Positions 10,026 through 18,734 of a stretch of DNA of 64,000 nucleotides are shown here, piece by piece. The notes beneath the pieces are model-generated. The model worked only from the letters and a program-made list of their open reading frames with translations. It was not told the DNA's origin and searched no databases. The translations under genes and the position numbers were made by a program. The stretch is from Candidatus Woesearchaeota archaeon (GTDB lineage: Archaea > Nanobdellota > Nanobdellia > Woesearchaeales > BM511): contig PKTL01000043.1 of the NCBI GenBank assembly GCA_002867475.1, positions 16,192 through 80,191 of the forward strand, written 5' to 3'. Each line of letters begins with the position of its first letter. Position 1 is the first letter of the stretch.

Positions 10026-10324
10026 TATTTGAGATCGGCTTTTTTTCTCATTTTATCAAGAAATTTTTTTGAATCTTCAACGCTACTAAAAGTGTTTACT
10101 TCTTTGCTATTAAGCAAAAAATTAGCATATTCTTCTCTAACTTCTAAATCATCAAATATTTTATCTCTTAAAGCCTCTCGAATAAGTTCTTGGATACTCA
10201 TATAACCTTTTTCTTCTGCATATTTTTTTGCAAGACCAAAAAAATTATCTTGAAATTTAAGATTTACTTGCGTAACCATAGTATCTTGAGATATCTTAAG
10301 ATATTTAAAACTTGTGTTTACCAT
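10025..10324 (-). CDS. Ribbon-helix-helix (CopG-like) antitoxin
   Basis: VNLKFQDNFFGLAKKYAEEKGYMSIQELIREALRDKIF: beta-strand followed by two helices, as in RHH antitoxins. Located immediately upstream of the RelE-like gene. Confidence 0.5.
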   Translation of the reverse strand: MVNTSFKYLKISQDTMVTQVNLKFQDNFFGLAKKYAEEKGYMSIQELIREALRDKIFDDLEVREEYANFLLNSKEVNTFSSVEDSKKFLDKMRKKADLK

Positions 10325-10366
10325 ACTCTAAAATAAAAATATTTAATTTAAAAATCTCACGTGAAA

Positions 10367-10376
10367 ATGTCCAGTG
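10367..10376. promoter_or_regulatory. Copy of the recurring intergenic motif ATGTCCAGTG (context GTGAAAATGTCCAGTGAAAAAA)
   Basis: Seen directly in the sequence. Related copies at 28077, 40144, 40161, 56411 and 56461; all are intergenic. Confidence 0.5.
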
Positions 10377-10443
10377 AAAAAAAGATGTAAAAATAGATCA
10401 TCTCATTAAATTTTAAAAAAAATTAAACATGAACCTAAAAGAA

Positions 10444-10839
10444 TTATTTTTTCTTTTTTCTTTTAGCAATTTCTTGCTGTTCTGTCAATAGTTGAATCTT
10501 GTTTGGGTCTTTCTTGATCTCTTTAACTATGCTTGCTGGACCTATTATTGTTAATCCTTGTCTGTTTCCTAGAAGTTTGCTTGCGAGTGCAAGCTTCATT
10601 TTTTCCATGCCTGTAGCGTTTGATCCTTGTGGGTCTACTACTGCTAGTTCTATTCCTTTGAATTCGTCATCGATCTCTTCCATGGTTGTCTTGATAAGTT
10701 CTGCTTCTTCTTCTTTTTCAAGTCTTCCTTCTAGAAGAACTATCTTATTTTCCTTTGCAACCTTGAGTAGTTTTTTTATCCTGCCTATACTGCTTAGGCC
10801 TTCGATTGCAGCGTATGGTACGAATTCAAGTGTTAACAT
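10444..10839 (-). CDS. Conserved archaeal protein (DUF2073-like), partner of the adjacent GTPase
   Basis: 131 aa; conserved synteny with a small GTPase in archaea (recalled). GGAGG RBS 6-11 nt upstream of the start. Confidence 0.35.
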   Translation of the reverse strand: MLTLEFVPYAAIEGLSSIGRIKKLLKVAKENKIVLLEGRLEKEEEAELIKTTMEEIDDEFKGIELAVVDPQGSNATGMEKMKLALASKLLGNRQGLTIIGPASIVKEIKKDPNKIQLLTEQQEIAKRKKKK

Positions 10840-10903
10840 GCTAAAAAACCTCCTGTTTTTGGCATGCTAAAAATTTTGATTTTTATCATATTAATATCCT
10901 CTT

Positions 10904-11533
10904 TTAAGCAGATTTTACCAGTTCCTCATAAAAGTCTTCAATGTTTGTGCCTTGTTTTGCACTTATTCCGACTACTTTGTATTGAGGGAATGCTTCCTCC
11001 ACTTTTTTTATGTCAGCTTTTTTCAGGTCTACCTTGTTTGCAAGTATTATTACTGGTATATCTCTTGCTTGAAGGTTTCCTATGATTGTTATATTTACTT
11101 GACTGTATGGATCTTTTGTTGCGTCTAATACAACCACCACTACTTCCATGTCATCTAGCCATTTTATTGAATCGATTATTCCTTTTGTCGCTTCTTTTGC
11201 TCTAGCTTTTGCTTCGTCTTCTTTCATTCCAGCTTTTAAGAAATCTTCATAATCGATTCTTGTTGCGATTCCAGGGGTATCTACTAAGTTAAATGTGAGT
11301 TCTTTTCCTTTAGATTTTATTACTACTTGCTCTTTTACTTGGATCTCTCTTGTTTCATGTGCCATGCTTGATACACTACCCATTTCTTCTCCAAGCCAAT
11401 CTTGACAAATCCTGTTTGCTAAAGTAGTTTTCCCTCCATTTGGAGGCCCATATAGACCTATCTTAAAATTCTTTTTCTTCTTGAAAAACCCACCGAAAAT
11501 TCCGTTCATTACGGATTTTAACTTCTTAATCAT
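10904..11533 (-). CDS. Small GTP-binding protein (MMR_HSR1/Era-like family)
   Basis: G1 GPPNGGKTT, G3 DTPG, G4 NKVD. Confidence 0.7.
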   Translation of the reverse strand: MIKKLKSVMNGIFGGFFKKKKNFKIGLYGPPNGGKTTLANRICQDWLGEEMGSVSSMAHETREIQVKEQVVIKSKGKELTFNLVDTPGIATRIDYEDFLKAGMKEDEAKARAKEATKGIIDSIKWLDDMEVVVVVLDATKDPYSQVNITIIGNLQARDIPVIILANKVDLKKADIKKVEEAFPQYKVVGISAKQGTNIEDFYEELVKSA

Positions 11534-11555
11534 ATGAGAATTAATGGTTAATGAC

Positions 11556-11567
11556 TACTATATAAAG
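11556..11567 (-). promoter_or_regulatory. TATA box/promoter of the GTPase gene (ACTATATAAAG)
   Basis: Same ACTATATAAAG core as the pilin-gene promoters, 26-33 nt upstream of the start at 11533. Confidence 0.4.
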
Positions 11568-11639
11568 ATTACTATTTAATCTTATACAAAAGCGTTTAGA
11601 ATAAATATTTTTATATATTTAATCAAGATTCCTGTTAAG

Positions 11640-11900
11640 ATGAAACCAACAGATTTATACCATTCTGTTATTCAAGTTGATACGTTGATTTCTAGAATGG
11701 ATCAAAAAGAAACAAATAATATTGCAAGACTATTGGAAAAAGGCAATATACAAGATATTTTAGATGTCAATTTGAAACTAAAAGACCTATTTGGAAAATA
11801 TGTTTCACATTATAATGAGGGCGATAGATTAATTCAAGTTATAAGTGAAACACATTATAGTGCCGCTATGAATGCTCTTGATAGAAAAATGTATCAATAA
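11640..11900 (+). CDS. Hypothetical protein, 86 aa
   Basis: ORF only; no recognisable motif. Confidence 0.3.
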   Translation: MKPTDLYHSVIQVDTLISRMDQKETNNIARLLEKGNIQDILDVNLKLKDLFGKYVSHYNEGDRLIQVISETHYSAAMNALDRKMYQ

Positions 11901-11976
11901 TTCTTATTGGAATATTTTTGTCAATAGTTTATTTAAAAGAAATATACATTCTTGTCTAGAAACGTGAAAACGGGGC

Positions 11977-12318
11977 GTGATAAATATGAATGCAGGATAT
12001 GATTTTGATACACAAAGCGATAGAGATTTTGGAAGAATTCTTAGTCTATTAAGAAAAGGTGAAACTTTTAATACCACATTACAAGATGCTAATTTTTTGA
12101 TTGGCGAACTTGAAGAACTTGTTTCCGTAGTGCCTTTAGAAAACAAGACTCAATTATATCAAGTGAATGTTACATTTAAAGAATATGAAACTTTACTTAC
12201 AAGTTATGAAACTGTGAAAGATATGGAAATAAGAGCAGTATATGGAGCAGGAAATATGAGAAAAGATCCTGATTTTACTAGATGGTCTGCTGTTGATGTC
12301 CCTAAATTATATGATTAA
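11977..12318 (+). CDS. Hypothetical protein (~110 aa; ATG at 11986 more likely than GTG at 11977)
   Basis: ORF only. Confidence 0.3.
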   Translation: MINMNAGYDFDTQSDRDFGRILSLLRKGETFNTTLQDANFLIGELEELVSVVPLENKTQLYQVNVTFKEYETLLTSYETVKDMEIRAVYGAGNMRKDPDFTRWSAVDVPKLYD

Positions 12319-12676
12319 GATGAAAATGGAAAACTCAAATTTGATAGATAAAATAAATGGATTAGAAGTTGATGAGTTAGAGATTTTGGCTTCGGCATTT
12401 GTCAAAGGAAAACATTTTGACCTAGAACTTGCTAGAGTTAAGATAAGAAAACCTCATAATGGTTCTAAAGATTATGCTAGTGTTCTTGAAAATCTTTTGC
12501 CAGATAATATAAGAAGAACTGATGATGGAAAAGAAAATTATAGGATGATTATGAAATCAGATGTATATCTTGGACTAAGAAATCTATTGATTAATGAATA
12601 TGATAAGCATCCAGATTCTCACTTATTAGGACTTCCAGATATGAATAAAGATTATGAAAGATATTATAATGCTTGA
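12293..12676 (+). CDS. Hypothetical protein (~120 aa)
   Basis: ORF only; start ambiguous (several in-frame Met). Confidence 0.3.
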   Translation: MMSLNYMIKMKMENSNLIDKINGLEVDELEILASAFVKGKHFDLELARVKIRKPHNGSKDYASVLENLLPDNIRRTDDGKENYRMIMKSDVYLGLRNLLINEYDKHPDSHLLGLPDMNKDYERYYNA

Positions 12677-13060
12677 TCAGATTATTATCTGTAGTTTCAA
12701 TTCTTGTAATTGATTTCTTTCTTTTAGATTTTGTATATCTTCTTTAGTAAGTAACGAACGTGCATAAGCCATAGAATGTTCTATATTGAACATATCACTA
12801 AAAACCAATTTTTCTAAAGACTTTTGAGTTTCATCTTTTAAATTTATAGCACGAATATATTCTTCTCCACTTATAGGTATTCGTTTATATGAATTAATGA
12901 TTTGTTCATCAGGTAAATATCCTATTTGAACAGCGTAAGCTTGGTCTTTATGTACAAGATATGCTTTTCTGTGTCTTAAATTATTAATATGAGAATCTGG
13001 AGCATCTTCTATTGTAAATAGTTCATCTTCTACAAACATAGAATTTATTGTTTCAATCAT
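12677..13060 (-). CDS. Hypothetical protein, 127 aa
   Basis: ORF only. Confidence 0.3.
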   Translation of the reverse strand: MIETINSMFVEDELFTIEDAPDSHINNLRHRKAYLVHKDQAYAVQIGYLPDEQIINSYKRIPISGEEYIRAINLKDETQKSLEKLVFSDMFNIEHSMAYARSLLTKEDIQNLKERNQLQELKLQIII

Positions 13061-13094
13061 GACTCTTTTAGAATAATAACAATTATTTAAACTT

Positions 13095-14024
13095 TTAGAA
13101 TTTTTTCATCAATTCTAATTTTAAGGTTTCACCAATTGGTTCGCCTTTGAAGTAATCGACCTTTGCACAAATGCTTATCTTGTCTGCTAGTGCTCTTGCT
13201 GCTTTTCCTTTATCTTTTCTTGGTACGCCTGTAACTATTGGATGGTTTATTATGAAACCATGCTTTGGAGGTTTTGAACCGCTTTTTATATGCCTAAAAA
13301 GCGCTGTTTCTGCACCTAGAAGCTGTATTGTTCCTGCAGGCATTAAGCTTAGTTGTCTAACGCTTCCTGCAAAGGTTATTAGTTTTGAACCTATCATTGT
13401 GCCTACTATTTCATAAACGTTTGGTGCATGTCGTTTCATTAAGGTTTCAAGATATTTCTCTTTAGCTTTCTTTTCATCGAATAATTCTTTTACTTGTTTT
13501 GCTAATTTTATTATCTCTTCAACATCAGATTTTTTTAGGCTTGCACCCATTGATTCAGTTATTTTTAATTCTGAAAAAAGTTCATCTTTTGTTTTTATTG
13601 ATACCGCTTTACTAAATCCTTCATTGTCACCTATCTTGTTTGATATTTCTGGCGCGTATAAACTGTGCCATTCCCTTAATCTTTTTGAAAGCGTATTATT
13701 TACTTTTTCTAAGTCTTCAATGAGCCCTACTGTTTGTATTATTAGATTATCATCACTTACTGATTCTCTAATATTTTTCTTTGTATTTTTAGTGTCAAAA
13801 TCTTTGAATTTTTTAGCATCATTTTTTAATATTTGAAGTATCTTTTTCAATTGGTCATTCGTTGGTTCTTCACCAGAAAACTTTTTCTTTATTGAATCAA
13901 TTCCTTTAGTTACTAATTCTTCCTGTTCTTTTTTAGAGAATTCTCTTGAATCTATCAAGAATAGTTTCCCATTTTTTTCTTCGAACAAATATTCTCCTAT
14001 TATATTAACAAAACTTATTTTCAT
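13095..14024 (-). CDS. nop5: Nop5 (Nop56/58 homolog), C/D box sRNP scaffold, short form
   Basis: C-terminal Nop domain LLGAETALFRHIKSGSKPPKHGFIINHPIV plus a coiled-coil middle region. Confidence 0.75.
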   Translation of the reverse strand: MKISFVNIIGEYLFEEKNGKLFLIDSREFSKKEQEELVTKGIDSIKKKFSGEEPTNDQLKKILQILKNDAKKFKDFDTKNTKKNIRESVSDDNLIIQTVGLIEDLEKVNNTLSKRLREWHSLYAPEISNKIGDNEGFSKAVSIKTKDELFSELKITESMGASLKKSDVEEIIKLAKQVKELFDEKKAKEKYLETLMKRHAPNVYEIVGTMIGSKLITFAGSVRQLSLMPAGTIQLLGAETALFRHIKSGSKPPKHGFIINHPIVTGVPRKDKGKAARALADKISICAKVDYFKGEPIGETLKLELMKKF

Positions 14025-14211
14025 AAAGAGAAGTTTATTGACACTATTTATAAAACTTTACACTGAAGTTTTATGCCCAAATCTGCCCAGATTCAAAAAA
14101 AGAATTTGTTTGTATAAAAGTAACTGTGTCACTTTTAAAAAGCATTATGAAATTTGCTTGCGATTTTTATTTACGGCAATGTTTATAAACAACCCAGAAT
14201 TTCTATTAGGT

Positions 14212-15327
14212 ATGTCAGATAAGCTAAGAATGAGTGCTAAGGATAGGCATAAGTTGAAGAGTTTCTTAAAAGAGATTTCTCAAATTAAAGGTAGAGGTAC
14301 CGAACTTGTTAGCGTTTACGTTCCTGCAGGTTATGATTTGAATAAGATTGTTGCTCACTTGCAAGATGAACAAGGTACTGCAACCAATATCAAAAGTAAG
14401 CAGACTAGAGATAATGTTATAGCTTCACTTGAAAAAATGATCCAGCACTTGAAGCTTTATGATAAGACTCCCGAGAATGGACTTGTTGTCTTTGCAGCAA
14501 ACACTGCTGAGCGTGAAGGTCAACAAGATTACAAAGCTTGGAGCTATATCCCTGTAATCCCTATGAATCAAAGGCTTTACAGATGCGATAAGGAGTTTGT
14601 TCTTGAACCATTAGAAGAGCTTGCTAGTGATGAGAGCATCTATGGTCTTGTTGTTATGGATAAAAGAGAAGGTAACATCGCTCTGTTAAAAGGTAAAACC
14701 ATTGTTCCACTTACGAATGCTCAAAGCGCTGTTCCTGGAAAGCATAAGACTGGTGGTCAGTCTGCTCAAAGGTTTGAAAGATTAAGAGATCTTGCTAGTT
14801 TAGAGTTCTATAAAAGAATTGCAGATCACATGCAGACTAATTTTTTGGATATGATAACTGAATTGAAAGGTATTATTATTGGGGGCCCTGGTCATTCCAA
14901 ATATGATTTTGCTGAAGGAAATGTTATCAATGATCAATTGAAAAGAAAAATTATTGGTATTAAAGACCTTAGTTATACTGGAGAGTTTGGACTTCAGGAA
15001 TTAGTTGAGAAAAGTGAGGATTTGCTTGCTTCTGAAGAGATCATGGGTGAGAAAAGGATTATGGGTGAATTCTTTGAAAAACTATCAAAAAATGATAAGA
15101 TTGTTGCTTATGGAGTAAAAGAAGTTAAAGCTGCTCTTGAGATGGGCGCTGTTGAAAAGCTTCTTCTTAGTGAAACTTTGGATGATTCAACAATCGAAGA
15201 ATTTGAGAAGATCAATGAGCAATATGGTGGTGAAACACATTTTATAAGTACTGAGACTAGAGAAGGTGTTCAATTGAAAGATCTTGGTAAAATGGGTGCA
15301 ATCCTCAGATACCCTTTACAAGGATAA
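14212..15327 (+). CDS. prf1: Peptide chain release factor aRF1
   Basis: TATNIKS (NIKS motif) and KHKTGGQSAQRFERLR (GGQ motif). Start chosen at ATG 14212 (MSDKLRMS...) rather than the upstream alternative start. Confidence 0.9.
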   Translation: MSDKLRMSAKDRHKLKSFLKEISQIKGRGTELVSVYVPAGYDLNKIVAHLQDEQGTATNIKSKQTRDNVIASLEKMIQHLKLYDKTPENGLVVFAANTAEREGQQDYKAWSYIPVIPMNQRLYRCDKEFVLEPLEELASDESIYGLVVMDKREGNIALLKGKTIVPLTNAQSAVPGKHKTGGQSAQRFERLRDLASLEFYKRIADHMQTNFLDMITELKGIIIGGPGHSKYDFAEGNVINDQLKRKIIGIKDLSYTGEFGLQELVEKSEDLLASEEIMGEKRIMGEFFEKLSKNDKIVAYGVKEVKAALEMGAVEKLLLSETLDDSTIEEFEKINEQYGGETHFISTETREGVQLKDLGKMGAILRYPLQG

Positions 15328-15358
15328 CATTATAAATAATCTTTATCAAACAATTCTT

Positions 15359-16024
15359 ATGAGTGTTGATTTTTTATGTAAAGCATATGTTGGGCTTCTT
15401 GAAAGAGAACCAATCTATGAATTGAAAGTTCGTTATAGTAAAGCTTTTGAACCTTACAATGCTAATGTCAAATATACACGACGCGAAATGGTCTTTTCCC
15501 TTAGCCATCTTTGGAAAGATACTAGCGTTGAGATAAAGATTGGACTTATACAGTTCTTGCTTTCTAAAGTGTTCAAGACTAAACGTAAGACTTTGAACAT
15601 GGATTTATATGAGATATTTTTGAAAAATGTTCATATTGGTATTGAAAAGGATAAGATTGATCCTTTGTTGAAGTCTGTTTTCGATAAGATGAATGATATG
15701 TATTTTGCTGGAATGCTTGACATGCCTAACCTTGTTTGGGGTGGAAGAAATCTCTCAAAACTGGGGTCATACACATATAGTTCTGATACTATCATGATTA
15801 GTGACGTTTTAAGAAAGGATTCTATGTTACTTGAATATGTCATGTATCATGAGATGCTCCATAAGAAGCTTAAATTTAACCGTAGTAAGACTGGAACAAA
15901 AACTTTCCATCACACAAAAGAGTTCAAAGAGCTCGAAGCTAAGTTCTATGATAAAGATGCTGAACAGAAACTAAAGATTTTCTTACGAAAACAAAAGCTG
16001 AAAAGAGCTTTCTTCCTCGATTAA
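15359..16024 (+). CDS. Zinc metallopeptidase-like protein (DUF45/YgjP/SprT-like, HExxH)
   Basis: EYVMYHEMLHKKLKFNRSKTGTKTFHHTKEFKELEAKF fits the HExxH...H...F pattern of the DUF45 family. Confidence 0.5.
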   Translation: MSVDFLCKAYVGLLEREPIYELKVRYSKAFEPYNANVKYTRREMVFSLSHLWKDTSVEIKIGLIQFLLSKVFKTKRKTLNMDLYEIFLKNVHIGIEKDKIDPLLKSVFDKMNDMYFAGMLDMPNLVWGGRNLSKLGSYTYSSDTIMISDVLRKDSMLLEYVMYHEMLHKKLKFNRSKTGTKTFHHTKEFKELEAKFYDKDAEQKLKIFLRKQKLKRAFFLD

Positions 16025-16093
16025 GTTGAATACCACTAATAAGTGACAAAAAAGGAAACATTTATAAAGGAAAGAGGGTTTCGAATTAGTAAT

Positions 16094-17143
16094 ATGAGCA
16101 AATTAGAAGCAAGATTAGCCTCCATCGAAATTGGGCTTGAAAGTGAAGATTATAATAGAGTGATTGAGGATCTTAACAAAATAAAAAAAGAAAATCCAGA
16201 TTATCCACTTGAAAAAGAAGGTTATTTAATAGATTTTTATATGGGTCAAGCAATTTTTAGAAAAGAAATTAGTTCTAAAACCAAACCTAAACAACTAGAA
16301 AAAGCAAGACAACATCTCAAAAAATCTTTAGAATCAATTTCAACTTTTGCAGACGGACATTTAATGCAAGCTTATAATTCAATGGTATTAGGACAAATCC
16401 TAAATTCTGAATTTTATAGATTAGAATCCAAATATGAATTTCAAGAAGCATTAAAAATAAATCCTTTTCTTCAAAATGAAGTATCTCCAAAAATTTCAGC
16501 ACTTAATCAAAGTATTAAACAAGATTATGATATAACAATTTGTGCCAATAATGAAGAAGTGATTTTAGAATTGATGATAGAATTTGAAAAATTTCCTTGG
16601 ATAAAAATTGAATATGGAGATATAACTACTCAAAAAGCAGATGCGATTGTGAGTCCAGCTAATAGTTTCGGTTTTATGGATGGAGGATTAGATCATACAT
16701 TGAGTGAATATTTTGGTTGGGATCTTCAAGAAAAACTTCAAAAAATTATTAAAGAAAAACATCATGGAGAATTATTGGTTGGAAAAGCAGAAATACTCGA
16801 AACTGGAAATGAAGAAGTTCCATATCTAATTTCAGCACCGACAATGAGAGTTCCGATGGAAATTAAAGATAGTATGAACCCCTATTTAGCTACTCGTGCA
16901 GTATTTATTGCACTTGAAAAATTCAATTCTGAAGAAAAAAGAATAAATAGTGTTTTAATACCTTCTATGGGAACAGGCATAGGTAAAGTTCCTTATGATA
17001 TCTCAGCAAGACAAATGAGAGCTGCATATGAAGATATACTTCTTAATCAAAATAAGTTCCCTCAAGATTTTGCAGATGCTCAACATAAAAATAAAGTATT
17101 ATCAATGGACCACTTTTATCAATTATATAAAGGACAATATTAA
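16094..17143 (+). CDS. Macro domain (ADP-ribose binding/processing) protein with N-terminal TPR-like helical domain
   Basis: YGDITTQKADAIVSPANSFGFMDGGLDHTLSEYFG ... SAPTMRV ... IPSMGTGIGKVPYD: canonical macro-domain motifs in the C-terminal half. Confidence 0.7.
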   Translation: MSKLEARLASIEIGLESEDYNRVIEDLNKIKKENPDYPLEKEGYLIDFYMGQAIFRKEISSKTKPKQLEKARQHLKKSLESISTFADGHLMQAYNSMVLGQILNSEFYRLESKYEFQEALKINPFLQNEVSPKISALNQSIKQDYDITICANNEEVILELMIEFEKFPWIKIEYGDITTQKADAIVSPANSFGFMDGGLDHTLSEYFGWDLQEKLQKIIKEKHHGELLVGKAEILETGNEEVPYLISAPTMRVPMEIKDSMNPYLATRAVFIALEKFNSEEKRINSVLIPSMGTGIGKVPYDISARQMRAAYEDILLNQNKFPQDFADAQHKNKVLSMDHFYQLYKGQY

Positions 17144-18003
17144 GCAACCAAATCAAATACTGCTTCTTCTAAACATTCTGGGTGAAAATAATGCTCTTTA
17201 CCAAAATTTCCCGTCCCTCTTATAATTGCTTTTTTACCATGAGATTCAACTTTTTTATTATCAGTTAAAAGTGAAGAATGTCTGTTTAACCACTTTTCTG
17301 TTTCACCCATTTCAAAACTATCAAGTAAATCAACATCAAAAGGTTTAAAATCTTCTAAAGATCTTTTAGAAAAAGAAACTTTTACTATATGGAGTTTAGG
17401 AATTTCAATACCTTCATTTTTACATCTGTCTGTAATTAATTTTTTATATTTTCTTGCATGTTTGATATCATCAAATGAATATAGACCAGGACCAAAATGA
17501 GCTTTAGTAGGAGTTATTGGCCAAGTACCTTTACCATGAACAATCCTATTTACACCTTCTTTATCTTGAACTGTATAAAAACTTATAAGCTTAATTCCTA
17601 ATTCTTTTACTTGTTTATGAGTCATCCCTCTTATTAATCTTATATCTTGAATATCTTGTTTTAACAAACTATTCAATTCAAAAAGAATTTTTTCTCCTAA
17701 TTCAAGTTTATCTTTAGGAACATTTTGATTTAAATTTTTTAATTTCATTATCAAATCCAAATCATCTTTCAATTGAGCAGCAAGAAAATTTATTTTATTG
17801 TACAAATTATTATTACCTTTAACTAACCTATGTAACTTTCTAATTGTCCTAATCAATTGCAAATCTAATTCCTCAAGATCTTTAAGACCTTTTAATTTAG
17901 AATCCTTCCAAATCCATTTTTCAGATAAAAATTTTGTTGATTTTCCTAAATCAGAAATGAGTTCATCTAATTCTTCTAATAATTTTTTTCTAAACAAACC
18001 CAT
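17140..18003 (-). CDS. Hypothetical protein, N-terminal coiled coil; C-terminal domain with possible ART-like R/S/E residues
   Basis: ORF convergent with and overlapping the end of the macro gene. Residues NRIVHG ... VSFS ... GETE have spacing reminiscent of R-S-E ADP-ribosyltransferases (weak). Confidence 0.3.
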   Translation of the reverse strand: MGLFRKKLLEELDELISDLGKSTKFLSEKWIWKDSKLKGLKDLEELDLQLIRTIRKLHRLVKGNNNLYNKINFLAAQLKDDLDLIMKLKNLNQNVPKDKLELGEKILFELNSLLKQDIQDIRLIRGMTHKQVKELGIKLISFYTVQDKEGVNRIVHGKGTWPITPTKAHFGPGLYSFDDIKHARKYKKLITDRCKNEGIEIPKLHIVKVSFSKRSLEDFKPFDVDLLDSFEMGETEKWLNRHSSLLTDNKKVESHGKKAIIRGTGNFGKEHYFHPECLEEAVFDLVA

Positions 18004-18159
18004 AAAATATTTATTTAAAATTAAATATTTAAAACTATCGAAAATAAAAATCTAAAACCTCCTGTTTTACCAAATATAACAAGCATGGAAAAGTTTATAA
18101 ATAAACCTCGTCCCCCAAAAGAATATTAATTATTAATATATATTTAATTGGTGATATTC

Positions 18160-18561
18160 ATGGAAGGAGAAATCAAACTTACAAGCATCGGACACTTAAA
18201 GAAAGGCAACTATGTTGTTATAGATGGTGTTGCATGCGTCGTTAAAGATACACAAACTTCAAGACCTGGAAAGCACGGTCACGCTAAGGTTAGGCTTTCA
18301 GCTACAGGAATTCTTGATGGAAAATTAAAAGTTATTGTTATGCCAGGTCATGATAATATTGAAACACCAGTTATTGACAAAAGAACTGCTCAAGTATTAT
18401 CCATTGCAGGAAAAATGGCAAACATCATGGATGGCGAAACATATGAAACTTTCGACATTGAAATTCCTGAAGAACTAAAGGATGAAGTTGTTGAAGGTGT
18501 TTCAGTACTTTACTGGGTAATCCTAAAAGACAAAGTAATAAAGCAGGTTAAGAACGATTAA
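18160..18561 (+). CDS. eif5a: Translation initiation factor 5A (aIF-5A)
   Basis: Hypusine loop TSRPGKHGHAKVRL. Confidence 0.85.
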   Translation: MEGEIKLTSIGHLKKGNYVVIDGVACVVKDTQTSRPGKHGHAKVRLSATGILDGKLKVIVMPGHDNIETPVIDKRTAQVLSIAGKMANIMDGETYETFDIEIPEELKDEVVEGVSVLYWVILKDKVIKQVKND

Positions 18562-18572
18562 GAGGATTTAAA

Positions 18573-18734
18573 ATGGCAAAATTCGCAGAAGCTGACGCAA
18601 GACTTTTCAAAAACATTTTTGTATGCAGAAAATGCAAGAACAAGGTTAGGGCACCTAACATGAAAGTTCTAGCTGGAAAAGTTAAATGCAGAACATGCAA
18701 TGGGAAAGCTTTACGGACTGTTCGTAAAAAATGA
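18573..18734 (+). CDS. rpl40e: 50S ribosomal protein L40e (53 aa; absent from the ORF track)
   Basis: Translation MAKFAEADARLFKNIFVCRKCKNKVRAPNMKVLAGKVKCRTCNGKALRTVRKK, a C4 zinc ribbon typical of L40e. AAGAGGA RBS upstream. Confidence 0.7.
   Translation: MAKFAEADARLFKNIFVCRKCKNKVRAPNMKVLAGKVKCRTCNGKALRTVRKK

Noticed and set aside
10499-10870. 123-aa plus-strand ORF
   Set aside because: Antisense overlap of the DUF2073-like gene; Ser/Leu-rich low-complexity translation.
14038-14211. Upstream extension of aRF1 (ORF track starts at 14038)
   Set aside because: The extension is hydrophobic and non-conserved and overlaps the divergent Nop5/aRF1 promoter region. The conserved aRF1 N-terminus begins at the ATG at 14212.
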